Origin: Phoronis australis
Taxonomy: Eukaryota; Animalia; Phoronida
DNA: 64,000 nt
Reading direction: 5' to 3'
NCBI GenBank assembly: GCA_002633005.1
Contig: NMRA01000451.1
Location: 39,845 to 103,844, forward strand
The notes below the pieces were generated by a model, which searched no databases, was not told the DNA's origin, and saw only the letters and a list, made by a program, of their open reading frames with translations. This document shows positions 38,088 to 50,929 of the stretch, in pieces. Position numbers and translations under genes: made by a program. Each line of letters begins with the position of its first letter. Within the stretch, counting starts at the first letter, position 1.

Positions 38088-38639
38088 CTAGTACAATATA
38101 CGAGTATAGAGACCCTGGTAATAGACGATGTTTTTCTTATGGCAATGAAAAACCACGAGTAGTTTTGCAATTCAAGTCCAAAGTCTGAAAACTGCCAGCA
38201 GGAAGAAATTCAATTCACGACCATCGAGTGACAAACAGGGTCTATCCAACCACAATAACATTACACTCTTTTTCAGTTGCAGCATTGATAGACCTAGGGC
38301 TAGGGCTAGAGATAGTCTTTTTGGTGCAAATCTGTATACTAAATATACTACCCTGGCTGTGTGAATTTCGGGGTCTATTGAAAAAAATCACGCATTGGTA
38401 CCTAGCTGTATAGGCCATAGTCCCAGCTCTCCTATCTTTCACCTCCGTGGCCACTTTCTGGGGGCAACGGGAAAGTTGCATCAGGCCCATCTACAGATGT
38501 TCAAAAGTCAATTTCAAAAAAGTTCCCAAGAATACACATGCACGTTTAGTAAGAATTTAATTTAAAAGTTGGCAAAAATATTAACTCAACTAATATGTTA
38601 GCCACCAGGTGTCAGTGCAAAATGATCCGTACAGCCAAT

Positions 38640-38960
38640 CAAATGCCAGGAAAATATTGTGTCCATACCTTTCCCCTTAAAAAGTCGTCTGCTTGGCATG
38701 AAAAACCTTCATCAGAGGACAGTCAGCTGATGTTACTGCTACTGACTACATTGGATTTTATTAATTCTTGGAAGGGTGTGCAAGTATTAGGCAATTACCA
38801 AGGGCCAAGGCTCAAAAACCAGCAGGCAGCAGTTAGGAATTGAAGAAAGCCAAATCAAGTGGTCACGATTGTCATCGTACTGAAACATTTCTTGGTACAT
38901 TCCTGAATCAATTTGTGTTTCGCAAAGAACAGTTTTGGGACAGCTGGGACTTTGCTGAAA
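38640..38960 (+). mobile_element. Possible Merlin/IS1595-like transposase remnant
   Basis: LKKAKSSGHDCHRTETFLGTFLNQFVFRK resembles the W..+K...G....L..YL.EF.FR C-terminal motif; heavily decayed. Confidence 0.4.
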
Positions 38961-39178
38961 CCATGAATTGTTCAACGAGTGTGCGACTTCACAATAGACT
39001 GGCAAGATGTCTGCCCCTTGTTGCATTCATGTGTCAGCTTCTGCTCAAATTTCTGAGCTAGAATTTTCAGATATAACCTGGTGTAAGGCTACTGCAAACA
39101 AACGTATCAACATTGAGTGCAAGAGAAGTATCATTTCTGAAAAGTTTTTAAGTGTTTGTGAAAGAACAGAGCTCTTGT

Positions 39179-39438
39179 CATGTGCGCATCCAGGGGTGGG
39201 GGGCTGGGGGGCTTGAACGAGCCTCCCCCATTTGGTAAAGTGGGTAAAAAAGTTTGCCTCAGAGAAAAATACTCCGAAAAAGCAGAAAATGAGACAAAAG
39301 TTCACTAAACAGGTAGGAACTACCAAAATTCGACGAACGCACAATTCATAGCTCTGGAGTACCCCGTGAATCTTAATAAATGTCCACATTCTCAAAAACT
39401 CGAGGCCCCCCCCCCCCTTTAGGCTCGGTGCGTGCATG
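39179..39438. mobile_element. Small MITE with G-run and C-run arms
   Basis: CATGTGCGCA ... TGCGTGCATG ends; flanks CTTGT/CTTCT. Confidence 0.55.
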
Positions 39439-40576
39439 CTTCTATCACAAGCAGTTACAGACATTTAACGGATGTAACAGAATTGAAAGAGCTCTTAAAA
39501 AAGAAAAAGACCAAGCTGATTATGGAAATAATGTTGAGCCCACTAGAAAATTAAGGAGATTGTCACTGTCAGTTACATGTACATTTAACAGTGCTCAAAG
39601 AAATACACCCAACATGTCTTGCCACCACAATTATGAACCATTTGCCACAAATCAACTTTCACCACAGGGGAACTTCACAAGCAAAAGAAAACTTGAAAAC
39701 CGCACAGCATTATGGGCAACATTCGTTTGTTTTGATAACGCAGATTTTAAGAAAATGAAAAATAAAGAAAAATATGTACAGGCAGTAGATCGACCCCACA
39801 CTTACGAAAAGTTCTAATTAAGTGCCAGAGAGTATGTTTCAATGTTTTTAAAACGTTTAAAAACGGGTCATATGGCTTTAGGGTTCCGGGTCACAACAAC
39901 TTCTGTTACTCACCACAGATGGCGCATCGTTAATTCGGAAAAAGAAATATCTGGGTGAACAACGAAGATGCTTTTCAATGAAATGCAGTGGTGAACAATG
40001 GTGAGGCGATGACTTTATTTTTTCTGAGTAGTACGTAAAAGGGGGGCACAAGCATCCCAAGCATCCTGAATTAATATATGTAAACAAGTAAGGTGTTTGG
40101 TCCGAGTCTGTTAATGTTCTATTGGAGATTTTGCAATAGTACACACCACCGATGACCGCTTACAAAATTTGGAATCCAGACACTCCCTACGAAAAAACCC
40201 ATATTATTTTGAGTGAGGTATCCGGACGAATATTGCGGTGAAGTTATGTGTCTTGTCGTTTTTTATTCTTGAAAATTCTGTTTCGTATCAAACATAAACG
40301 AAACTCAAGATCTTTAACTGGGTTTGGCTGAGACCCATGTATGAACAGAACATTTCATATCACGACTTTTAAAGTGAATTACAGAATAGAATAGCAGTGC
40401 AACAAATATGTGTAATAGTGATCAAAAGAAGTCAAGACATTACATCTTTTTGTCATCATGACTGCCCCACTAACGGTATGCTTCCAGGGGCGTGCAAAAG
40501 TATCATGGAATTTTATAAAAACAAAAATAGCACTACCTGTAGGTTGTGCAGCATACATAACATTCATATTAAGTAT

Positions 40577-42620
40577 CAGTCCACGGATCGACTGACCACA
40601 GTACAGCCAACAAGCGGCAAGGTGGGGGGTCAGCCATTCAGAACCATGTTCAGTCTAATAAACCACATTATGGATGAGAGAAATTGGGTGAAGTATTGCA
40701 CCACAAAGTTTGGTGGTTTAGAAGATAACACAGTAGTCTTCTGGAGGCTAAAATGAGGAAATTTCTTGATGCGGAATGGGTCATTTTTGACTACATTTTC
40801 TACTGCAGGTTCTGCTTCAAACAGAATCATTTATGAATAATTTTGATATCACATGATATATTCATGACCAATGTAAGCAAAACCGGTGCCAACACTAAAA
40901 TATCGGTTACCATGGTAACACTGGAGCTGTTTCCGAGGAGGTACATTTCATGCTCGTGAAAAAACAGCTGCAGTAACTTATATCGTCCTTATAGCGAAGC
41001 TTCCCCCACGAGAAAACAATAACGTGGGCATGTAGAAGACCCCATACCCTTAAAATTAATGCAAAAAAATTGTCACCCCTTCAAACAGGCTTCATAATAG
41101 GTGTCTGAATGTCACTATTTTCAGACCGCACATTGTGTATTTGTCATGTTAAACCAGTCACTAGTTGTGTGCCGTTAGTACGCATTAAAATGCCGCAATT
41201 GGTTTGCTTAAATGTTTATAATTAATTTCAAGGACACAAGCAGTTCCCACTAAAATAGGAAATTATACTAGATTTGTTCATCTAAGTCACTGAATACCAA
41301 ACTGAGGCATACAACATTCTTTAGTTGAATGATGGCTGATCTAAAGTGCAGGATTTGTGAATCTGGCACTGACAATCGCATCAAATATGGAATTTTTACA
41401 AATTGTCGAGAGAAAAAACTTTGAAAAACCACAAAAGACTTAACGAGACATTTGAGAACCTTAAAAGTGAGGGGAGATGATGTGAAGGAGGTGGAACGTG
41501 TCATTCTGAGCAGTCTGTCTGCCTCGGGCTCGGAGAGGTGCAGCACGCAGCATGAGCTAGATAATCTACCGCAGTAGATTCACTTGCATCGATAGAACCC
41601 TCGTCATACATTGGCGTTGCCAAAGGCACTGGATACATCCACTGCAAACACATAGGCGGATTTAGGGGGGGGCAGCGGGCTCGAGCCCTCCCCCCTTCTC
41701 CTTGGCTGCCGCAAAAAATTTAACAGCAACAGCGTAGGGAAATGTTGAGTTTATTAATTAACCCCACTAATTAAATTTATACGGATGAAACAAGATTTCA
41801 GTGTATGCAGTTTTAGTGTTTGGGGGGCTCAGACCCAATTTCAAGTGTCAAATTCGGAACACGGCGCATTCGTAACGGAACTATGGCTAAGGATAGGCTC
41901 TCCCGCAATATCCCAGGCGACCGGCAGTAGCGCTGCGCACTATGACTCCGTTTCCGTCTTCTGCTCCACTGTGCAATGAAGAAAATTTACTTCATTTTTT
42001 AAAGAAAATGGAACCTGAGTGACGATGAAAAAACAGAAGCTGCTGGTAAGATGTGAATTTTAATCGAAGACTCATAATTCTCTGTTTGTCAAACCTTAAC
42101 TTATGACAATTTCCAAAGCAATCCCGTCATTATTGCCAACAGAAAAACGGATTTGGTCCTTTGGGCATTTGAAGACTATTTTAAATACAACAACTTTGTT
42201 AAGAACTAATTGCACAAAATATATATATTTTTGTAATAAGCATTACAAAAAGAAGTTGGTTTCGCGCGCAAACGCTGTGGACCATAAACAAGTAAGCCTA
42301 GGTCTCTTACTATAAGATTTGTAGTCAAATCTTGGTGGTGTAGTGGTAAACCACGCGCGCTCTATCCGATCCACCAGGTCGCGAGTTCGAGTCTATGGTA
42401 TCATGGTGGTATTCGCAGTTTTTCCTGTTTGACGTGTTCTCCGTTTTTATTTGCCTTTTTTTCTTGTACAATACTTCGGGAATCAAGGAAAATGCTTGAT
42501 TTTTAGGGGAAAGTATTTGCCAAAGATTATCACAACAGGTCCAAAGTACTTTGTTGAGACCGGCCACTCTCAGCAAATGTGGGAAACTGAAACAGCTGTC
42601 GTTACAAAAATTAAAAGAGC
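40577..42620 (+). mobile_element. Second Academ-like copy (left part), interrupted
   Basis: 40569-41645 aligns with 9875-11000, and 42505-42590 aligns with 11704-11800. A hAT-like left end CATAGGCGGATTTAGGGG interrupts at 41651. The right end was not found. Confidence 0.75.
42334..42400 (+). repeat. tRNA-derived SINE head
   Basis: Pol III A-box TGGTGTAGTGG and B-box GTTCGAGTC at tRNA-like spacing; no complete cloverleaf. Confidence 0.55.
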
Positions 42621-44574
42621 AAAGAGGAAAGATTGCGAAACTATAAAGTAGGCCGAGAACATAACCCCATGATTACGACCAAGATGACGGTGAGTGTTAA
42701 ATTTTTCCTGGGAGTATGATAAATTGATGCAAGTCACTGAGTCAATGCCTCAATAGGAAGCAGGTCACTTCATACCCAAGTCAACACGTACCCAAGTCAA
42801 ATTTCAAAATTATTTCAAAACTATGTAATTTGGCAAAGCAGTGATTAAAATCAATCATCATATTTATGCAAAACGACTCAATATTACCAGTTATTTAGTG
42901 AATGAAAATGAAAGTATTAGTAATGTTTTTAGCAGGGGTACTAATTGACTTGGGTGCGAGTTGGCTAAGGTACGAACTGACCGGAAAGCCCTCATATGCA
43001 CAGCTGGTAAAAAGACTGTGTTCCCTGGATTCTGGATTCTGTGTCTGGCCTGTTTGTGTTTGAATCGAGCATCCAAATAATTCACTGAATAATCGGCCCG
43101 TGTGATGGCATTCAAATGCAGGTAGGATACATAATCCAGTAACAAGGTGACCATTTCATTCAGCGTATATTGTTATTTTCTCAGTAACCATAACTCTGGG
43201 CACGGTGTAAGATATCTGTCAAAATTATACTTTTTGTAATGTCCAGTTGTGGGGGAGAGGTAATCTCCATACTCGAGGCTCAGCTCGAAAACTGACCAAT
43301 TGCATGCCACAATTCTGGTACATTCAGTAGAATTGTGCACTGTGGATAGTTAGGCTTTGAGTCTGAGTTTGGAGATTACACCCTGGGCCCAGGTGATTTG
43401 CCATCAATGTCATTATTGAAATCAAATAGATGTTAGAATGCCGTGCAGTTACCGACGAATGAAAATATAAAATAGTCCATAGCACACCCTTGACAAAGAG
43501 TGCATCGCTCGAAACGTGGAGATATTTTAATATATTTTAGTACCGACGCTCGTCGTTTTAGTTTTACCAGTTCTACTATAATGTAATTATTGACTACAGA
43601 ATGCACCTATATCTGGAGCACAACCTTTAACATTTTCAAGCTACTTTTACTCTCAGGTTTTGCTAAAAGGCGCATAGGTGCCTGAATTTCAGATGTAGGT
43701 GCAGCTTCACACATATGGTTGAAGAATAACAAACCACATAGCAAATGTTTTGAGAACAGTCATTTTTATTGAGTTTTTGCTCATTCAACATAGTTTGTTG
43801 TTGGTTTGCTTTTAAAGTTATTTTGTACAGTGTTGTTGGAACACTATCTTCAAAAGTTCTACTTTTATGTGTTTTTGAAATACAAAATTTATTTGAGTGA
43901 AAGTACAATTTAGAATACTTGCATGATTGTAAAGACTTGTTTGCATATCTGAAATTGTATGTTAATTTTCAAACAAAAATTTGTTTTCAAGACCATTCTG
44001 CATACAAACCCATGGGTGTCTTTTTCACTTTTGAGCACATCACGCTGGGCCGTGTATATGGATGTCTTACTTTGAGTGTTTACTATCTGTCTTTTGATCA
44101 TTATTTGTACTTCCTTTCAGTTCTTGTAATAAAAAATTGAGTACATGTCAACATCTATCATTTTGTAGGACATGCCTACAATGCTTTCCATATTTTTAAA
44201 CTCTGACAACAGTTTTTATTTTTAATTTGCTTGGTTGTAGGTGGGTTGTTTTTGGATGCTGCTAAGGCAGGAAATGGCATGGACCTCTTGATCAGAGTAC
44301 ACTGGGAGCACTCGAAGTCAAATACCATCGTGCTCGCTACAACAGCTTCACAAGACTACTGACAAAACAGAAATCTAACGATAGTGAAATTTTCACAGAT
44401 GTATTTCAAGAGTTGTACTTTGAAGTTGTGGGGAAACGAATAATATGGCATGGGGAAATATTGCATTTGACTCTGTTAAAGTCACTCCTCGAGGAAACTT
44501 TATCCAAAAGAGGTTGTAATGTATGTGTCCGAACTAGAAATCTGAAATTGAAATTACAGAGAATTTACCCTATG

Positions 44575-45660
44575 GGACTTGCAGATGAAGTTATCAGTGT
44601 TGTTACGGTTGACGTTTTTGCAGGTAGAAAGTGGAGTTCAGAGGAGGAAGTAGCATCAGCAGAGAGCAGGTTTCACCGTAAAGATTTGGTAGGGGCACTT
44701 TCTAGAGGACGTGAAGGCCTTGGCATGAAACCGTTTAAGAGGTGGAAGACAACTAGAGGGAACGATCGTTGTTCTGTGGTATTAGACGACGTACGCCACC
44801 AGGAAGAGGAGAAGCGCTTTTCTCATGCTGTGGGTTTGAGATAGCAGGGCGCCTGGACAGCATGGAAAGGAGTTCACATTAGGCGCATTACAGCGAACGA
44901 CCTGATTTCATGTGACCAGTGTAGATTAATTTTTGTCCTGCGTTCTGTGTATGACGTACCCCCTAGTCCGACAAACCTGAAGTTGTGGGGTTGGATTGAA
45001 GACGATTCGTGCGGCAGTTGTGGGGAGCGCTGCACTTTACAGCACGTTTTGTCATCCTGTAAGTCGGCTTTGGCGGAAGGCAAGTACAAGTGGAGACATG
45101 ATAAGGTTCTCAAAGTGATTGCTCATATTATGGACCTAGAAAGAAGTAAGGCGGTAAGCAACACCGACAGCCCGCTAATATCATTTTACAGAGAAGGTGC
45201 AACCGGGAAGAGGAAAGATGCAGATGTATTGGCTACAGCGAGTGATTGGAAGATGGTTGTGGATATAGGGCCATTGGCAATATTCCCGAGCCATGTAGTG
45301 ATGTCGACATGGTATTATGGTCAGATGGTACAAATACGGTCATCATGGTAGAACTTACAGAACCATGGGAATTCCGAATGGTAGAGTACAACGAGAGGAA
45401 AAGGTTTAAGTATACAGAACTTTCCCATGATTGTTCAGTACCTGGTTGGAAGTGTTTTTGTATGCCAGTTGAAGTAGTATGTAGAGGTTTCATCGGTAGC
45501 AGCCTGTGGAGGTTGATAAAGCTCCTAGGTATCAGTACAGTGTCGAGGAAGGGTTTGGTGCACACAGTGATGAGATCTGCTGAAGAGGCGTCGTCGTGGC
45601 TATGGTTACAGCGAGACAACAGGTGGCACTCTAAGTGATGATCGAAGCCTGATCATCATT
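44575..45660 (+). mobile_element. 3' fragment of a HERO-like (R2-group) non-LTR retrotransposon with restriction-like endonuclease
   Basis: GRKW..AES..VG..GR.GLG, the CCHC knuckle CGSCG..LQHVLSSC, WRHDKVL, and RLE motifs DMVLWS..ELTEPWE..ERK..KY..PVEV..RGF; one stop and frameshifts. Confidence 0.85.
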
Positions 45661-45964
45661 GGGNAAATGTTATTCAAAATGGTATCAAAGTATTTGTAGA
45701 AGTGTATTTTTATCAAAGGTATCAACTTACACCGTAGAGCCTGGCACAGATAGTGTCATCTGCTCACGTTTCTGAATAATAAACATATAAAAGCATCATA
45801 CATTTCTTAGTTTGAAAGTGGTAAAATCTGTTGTGGACGCATACATGTTATTAAAGTGGTCTGTGGAGGACTGTATTTTGGTACATACAGACTTTAACCG
45901 AATGTGACACATATATACATGCAGTTGCGGTGATTGTATATTGGGTGGATTGTAAGAACAGTGG

Positions 45965-46185
45965 AAAACCGGGATATATAATGTAGTGGGGCATATATCT
46001 AATGGGACATATAAAGTTGCGGGATATATATGGTATACACCTAACGGGGCATATATACTTGCGGGCTATATATTGTACTGGGGCATATACCTAGTGAGGT
46101 ATATATAGTTGCGGGATATATATTGTTCCGGGGTATATAGCCAATGGGGCATATATAGTTGCGGGCTGTATATTTTATATATACC
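45965..46185. repeat. Degenerate minisatellite (about 17-18-bp GGG(G/C)ATATATA.. units)
   Basis: Recurring GGGGCATATATA(G/C)TTGCGGG(A/C)TATATATT motifs. Confidence 0.75.
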
Positions 46186-46246
46186 CCAGAACAAGGTCTC
46201 AAAATTTTACCCCACTTCAAGGTTTCAGATAATAACCCCACATCTG

Positions 46247-46267
46247 CATATATACATGTGTATATAT

Positions 46268-46301
<34 letters not shown>

Positions 46302-46302
46302 A
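46247..46302. repeat. (TA)n-rich microsatellite
   Basis: Direct inspection. Confidence 0.95.
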
Positions 46303-46700
46303 ACATGTATGTTTTCTGATTAAAATGATTGCTACTGTGGAGAAATTTGCCATCGAATCAATTTAGAAGCATTTCTTTATACCATAGAAATAGAGGAACT
46401 GGAATATCAATCCGGGATTCTGAGGCAGCTCTCCTACAAGCAGATAACCACGACAACCCGACATCTGACAACTTGCCCCTGAAGGCCCACGCTTTCCACG
46501 TATGGAAGGCAAAGCTACTTGCACGTACGGCTACCACCAAGGGTCGGTGTCAGAGTAGAATGACCAGCTTGCCGAGTAATTCTGGCAAGATATCGCCAGG
46601 TTTTCTTACATAGTAAATGACCTCCAATCCTGTTCTATGCCTTGCTTCTATTATTTCGAAACAGACTTGACATGCTTTGGTTAATACGGTTTTCATTCAC

Positions 46701-46845
46701 CTGCGCAGTGCTAGGACGAAGCTGCTGCGGAACCAGATTTTTTGGCGCAACAAGACAATAAGCACACCAACTCCAGCAATCACATAAATGGCGTAAGTCT
46801 TCACGAAAGTGCTTTTTAAAGGTTCACCAGAAGCGTCCGTCGAAT
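46701..46845 (-). CDS. Transmembrane-domain exon of a single-pass membrane protein
   Basis: tctctttcag|...|gtgaat, phase 1 to phase 2. Encodes DSTDASGEPLKSTFVKTYAIYVIAGVGVLIVLLRQKIWFRSSFVLALR. Confidence 0.7.
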
Positions 46846-47135
46846 CTGAAAGAGACATTTGTATTGAAAAAGCAGTCTCAAAACACATGATACTAAGCGT
46901 GTGCATGTGTTTATGCTATGTGGTACACTTGGATGTTGCAGGGCCAGTCCTACAGTATCTCCCACGTGCTAAGCGCATTCGGCTAAATTGGCAAACTCAG
47001 ACAATGACTGCTACATTCCAAGTAAGGAGTCCCTTTCAGTTGTTTCAAGCCACTCTTTATCATGACGAGCGAGCGTTGCATTTCTCGAATATATCTGCAA
47101 CTGCATGTTCACATCCAAAATGTCAGTGTACTTAC

Positions 47136-47156
47136 CTCCGACTCCCGGCCCTGAGC
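47136..47156 (-). CDS. 21-nt micro-exon (GSGPGVG)
   Basis: ctttgtag|GCTCAGGGCCGGGAGTCGGAG|gtaagt. Confidence 0.8.
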
Positions 47157-47459
47157 CTACAAAGTAGAGTAAATGAACTAACAATACCTACACGGTTGAT
47201 GTCGTCAGAGGAAAGTGACAATAAAAATCCGCGATCATATCATGTGACACATGCAGAATACACGACATCTCAGAACAAACATTATGCAATTAAGTCGTCA
47301 CTTTCGGAAACGCAATAGGAGGCTCTTTCAAATTAGTAGTCTGGGGTAAATACATGTATCGTTTCATTCCCAGTCTCTTCGAGTTGTCTTAATGTATTCC
47401 AATTCACCACGAGTCCATGTTGTGTGTCTTAAATGTCAGTCCAATTCCAGGATGCTTAC

Positions 47460-47480
47460 CTCCGGCTCCCGGTCTTGAAC
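47460..47480 (-). CDS. 21-nt micro-exon (GSRPGAG)
   Basis: ctttctag|GTTCAAGACCGGGAGCCGGAG|gtaagc. Confidence 0.8.
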
Positions 47481-48439
47481 CTAGAAAGCAAGGGAGTGTG
47501 AATTCAGGGTACCCATATATTCATAGACCAATTATCTGAAGGAGGCGGAGATTTAAGGATAGTTCCGCAGAAATTAGTTCCCTCAGTTTTGTACAAAGCA
47601 ACATCTGCTATGGGGCAAAAAGTGGGGACGGAACGCAATTACAGACTGGGTAGCATCAAGTCATCAAATAATTTAAATATTAACAGACAAAGAGAACCTG
47701 AAGCAAAAAAGCAAACAAACCAATACACCCTCAGATGTTTTTAAGTTGATTGGTAGTGAATTTAGACATTGATACTTGGTGTTTGACACTCGATGACTCA
47801 GCTCATTTGCCAATTGAACTCTGCACGCTGCAAAACTTCAATACAACAAAAGAAGGTACATGTATTTTTGCCTATATCCGAAACGTTCAATCGGTACACT
47901 AGCCGATGTGCTTATATTTGGAGGTTTTTAATTAGTGGAATCTTGGATAGGTAAACGGAGCACTCCCTAAAGCCATGTCACATCAAACAGGTACTCATTA
48001 TGGCATCGATAACGAGTAATAGTGTAGGATTGGACTAAATGTTGCATAACCGAAGCAGTTCTCCATGGACTACGGTCGGTATCCGAAACGCATCTGTTCG
48101 TTTTCACACAACTTCAAATCGTTTCACCAAGGACAAGACAATTTTGAGAATGAGCTTCGTGTGGCTGGCCTATACCAGGTTTATACTGTGATCTCTTGTA
48201 TTCTGTACATTCCGATTTGCAGTGCCGGTCGTGCAGTATCTCTTGCATGTACGTGCAAAGCACATTAAAGCAAACTTAGACAATGAATGATATATTCCAG
48301 TTCAGAAGTCCTCTTGAGCTGTTTGAAGCCACTCGTTTCACGTTATGGCGAGTCAGTGTTGACATTCTCGATTGTCTCTCCAACTTCACGTTGTTTTGCT
48401 CTTGATTTTTGTTCAATTAACAATGTATCAGTTGCTTAC

Positions 48440-48460
48440 CTCCGGCTCTCGGCCCTGAAC
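48440..48460 (-). CDS. 21-nt micro-exon (GSGPRAG)
   Basis: cttcttttgcag|GTTCAGGGCCGAGAGCCGGAG|gtaagc. Confidence 0.8.
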
Positions 48461-50929
48461 CTGCAAAAGAAGGGAATATAAAGTCAAGACGATATAAGTG
48501 ACAAATCAAACGGTCTACAAGGCGGTTTAAGAGTAATTCCATAGGACTTGCAAACTTTTCGTACGTACGAACAACTTCCAGGCAACAAACATTATAAAAC
48601 CATTTACAACACATATTCGGAAAGTGACAATAAAAAACCGCAAATACATTATAGTATGTGTCACTTATAAAATAAACGACATTCGAGAACAATCATAGTT
48701 AAATCGCCACTTTTGGGAACCTATCAAAAACCTGCAAAACAAATAGAATGGCATTCAGGATGCACTTGTTTTCACAGATCAATTCTCTAACGTATGAAGC
48801 AAATGTCCAAAATCTAACGTAAGCACGGCAACAAACATAATTAAATCACTTGCATAATCGGTTGACGTTATCAAAGGAAGGTGGCAATAAAAATTTGCGA
48901 ATACTATACATGACACATGCAGATTAAACGGCATCTGACAGCATACGCAATCAAATCACATGTGGCAGAGGTCAGAATAAGCTTGCAATTTTGAGATGGT
49001 TAGTATCACAGGCAGTCGAATTTCCCCATGACTCATAACCATATAAGCACCATAAACTTTGGGCACTAGAATTTAGCCGAACGCAGCCTCCCAACTTCAT
49101 TGTCCTAGTCCAAACGAAATCTGCATGCATCTCTCTCAACCCTCCGAAGCCTTATCTTTCATTGACCCCGTCAAATGGTCCATGTGAGTGGTGAATTGGC
49201 GACGGGATTTCCAAAACAAACTCAACAGTCTGAATTAAAGAGGTTAAATGGTGAACATGGCGGATTTCAGTTGTGCTTTAACTTGTACGCCTGTCGAAGA
49301 TTAAGTTTCGAGTTTCATCAACCCCTATGTGAACGCCAAGGATTGTGCCCCTAATTTAAATGATTGGGGTTACTAAAATTAGCTTACCACTTTGTTGTGT
49401 AACTTGTGAATTTAATTGAAAGAGCTGGCATATCTTGTATTTGATCTTGACACGATAAAATGTACGTGCTACTCTTGGAACAATCGGCTTTTGCCGGAAA
49501 TTCCCGATGTCTGACCGCACATTTAGTCGCGGGAAATAACATATCGGCAACTGACGGAAATCAAATTTAGGCCTCTTTTAGTAGCCCGCCACCCGTGGTT
49601 CTTCGGTTATAAACAGTGTTGTGTATCTGTCCTATCCCTTACAGTAAATGCCACAAAACATGCAGTTTTCAGCAACTGCATTTGTTGGTTATCTGAAAAT
49701 GTCACGGGTCCGCCAGTTAGCGGAACGTGTTGCTAGTAAGATGCCATGTCGCTCCAGACCTTTGTCTTTCGCATACACATATTTAGTGTTGCACTAATAC
49801 AGCACAGTACTTGAAATCAAGGTTAATTCAACAGTATGTAGCAATGCAAGTGCCGAGGAGAGGTCGGAAATACACTCTTACCAAGGGTGCGCACATTTAC
49901 TGCACGCCGCCAAAACAGACACACACGCACTCGTACCACGAAAAAATAAGGCAGCGTTAATTAGTCATCAGAGGACGTTGCCCGGTCACTTGCATTGGGC
50001 ATTGTCTGTGAAAGATTACCAGTTTTGGTTGGAATCGTGGTCATTACCAGCAATTCGTAAACTAGGTCATCCGCCAGGTTCTCTGTGTAATTTAGGTCAT
50101 CGCTTATGGACCAGTAACGCTAGGACCTCGCTAAAAAGCAAGACTTCGCGAGATTACGTGAGATATTGCCGTGCTTTTTAAATAAGAACACGTGACTTTG
50201 ACTAGGTTTGAGCTAGGTCCTAGCGTAGGTCCTAGCGTCTACTGAACGCACGCCTGTTAACGCTTCACTCTCCGCGTGTCCGAGTACTGGAGAGAAGCAC
50301 CAGGAAGGTTGTTCTACATTCTGTAGCCCAAAATTACCAAAGTTCAATTATATTCCGTTAAAGAGGAAAGACAAAACATATTATTACAGATGTCTGGCCA
50401 ATATCATGAGTCACCACTCGTAAGCAAATCAAAGCTGTCCTTACTCGTTGCCTTATCTCGCACTACCTCAATCGACTAGTTTTCAGTTCCCAATGCAACA
50501 GTACAATTCTCATAAATTCAACTTGTAATGACCCCTTTCAATTTTAAACCATGCCCGAAGTACTCGGAAACAAATTATTATTAGGTACAACGAGTTTTTT
50601 TCTCTGAAGTGGATCGTAAACACCTCAAGTGAGTTTTCCGCACAAAGCTACTTTGGTTTAGAGCTGAATTTTAGCTCCCTTACTATGGGCCGGGCCGGGC
50701 CGGTCAAGGGCCAACCCCTGTTGTACGCACTACTTAGAGCATGGGAATCAAACTGCTATATATAGAGAAAACGTTTATTAGTATACTGGTGTGCATATTA
50801 TCAGTGATTTAACCAAAAACTTCGAATTAACTAGACCCACTAATGATAGTCTATGATGATTAACTGATATCAAAAGGCCAAAATTGGCAATTTTCGGCCA
50901 CCCCATGTTAAATACAAAATTTTGTCGAA

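Larger units (their letters stand above)
31960..38300 (+). pseudogene. Endogenous viral element copy 2 (L-like), RdRp core deleted, interrupted at 33812-36461 and 37666-38087
   Basis: Collinear with 3160-3985, 6338-7167, 8747-9405 and 20850-21650. The junction near 32778 skips the segment equivalent to 3985-6338. Confidence 0.7.

Noticed and set aside
42334-42410. tRNA gene
   Set aside because: A and B boxes are present but there is no convincing acceptor stem or anticodon arm; treated as a SINE head.
45965-46185. CRISPR-like repeat array
   Set aside because: Degenerate contiguous units without unique spacers, in a eukaryotic context with no cas genes.
46400-46620. F-type-lectin-like DPWW string on the minus strand
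   Set aside because: Immediately followed by a stop, lacks the other motifs, and lies 3' of the TM exon.
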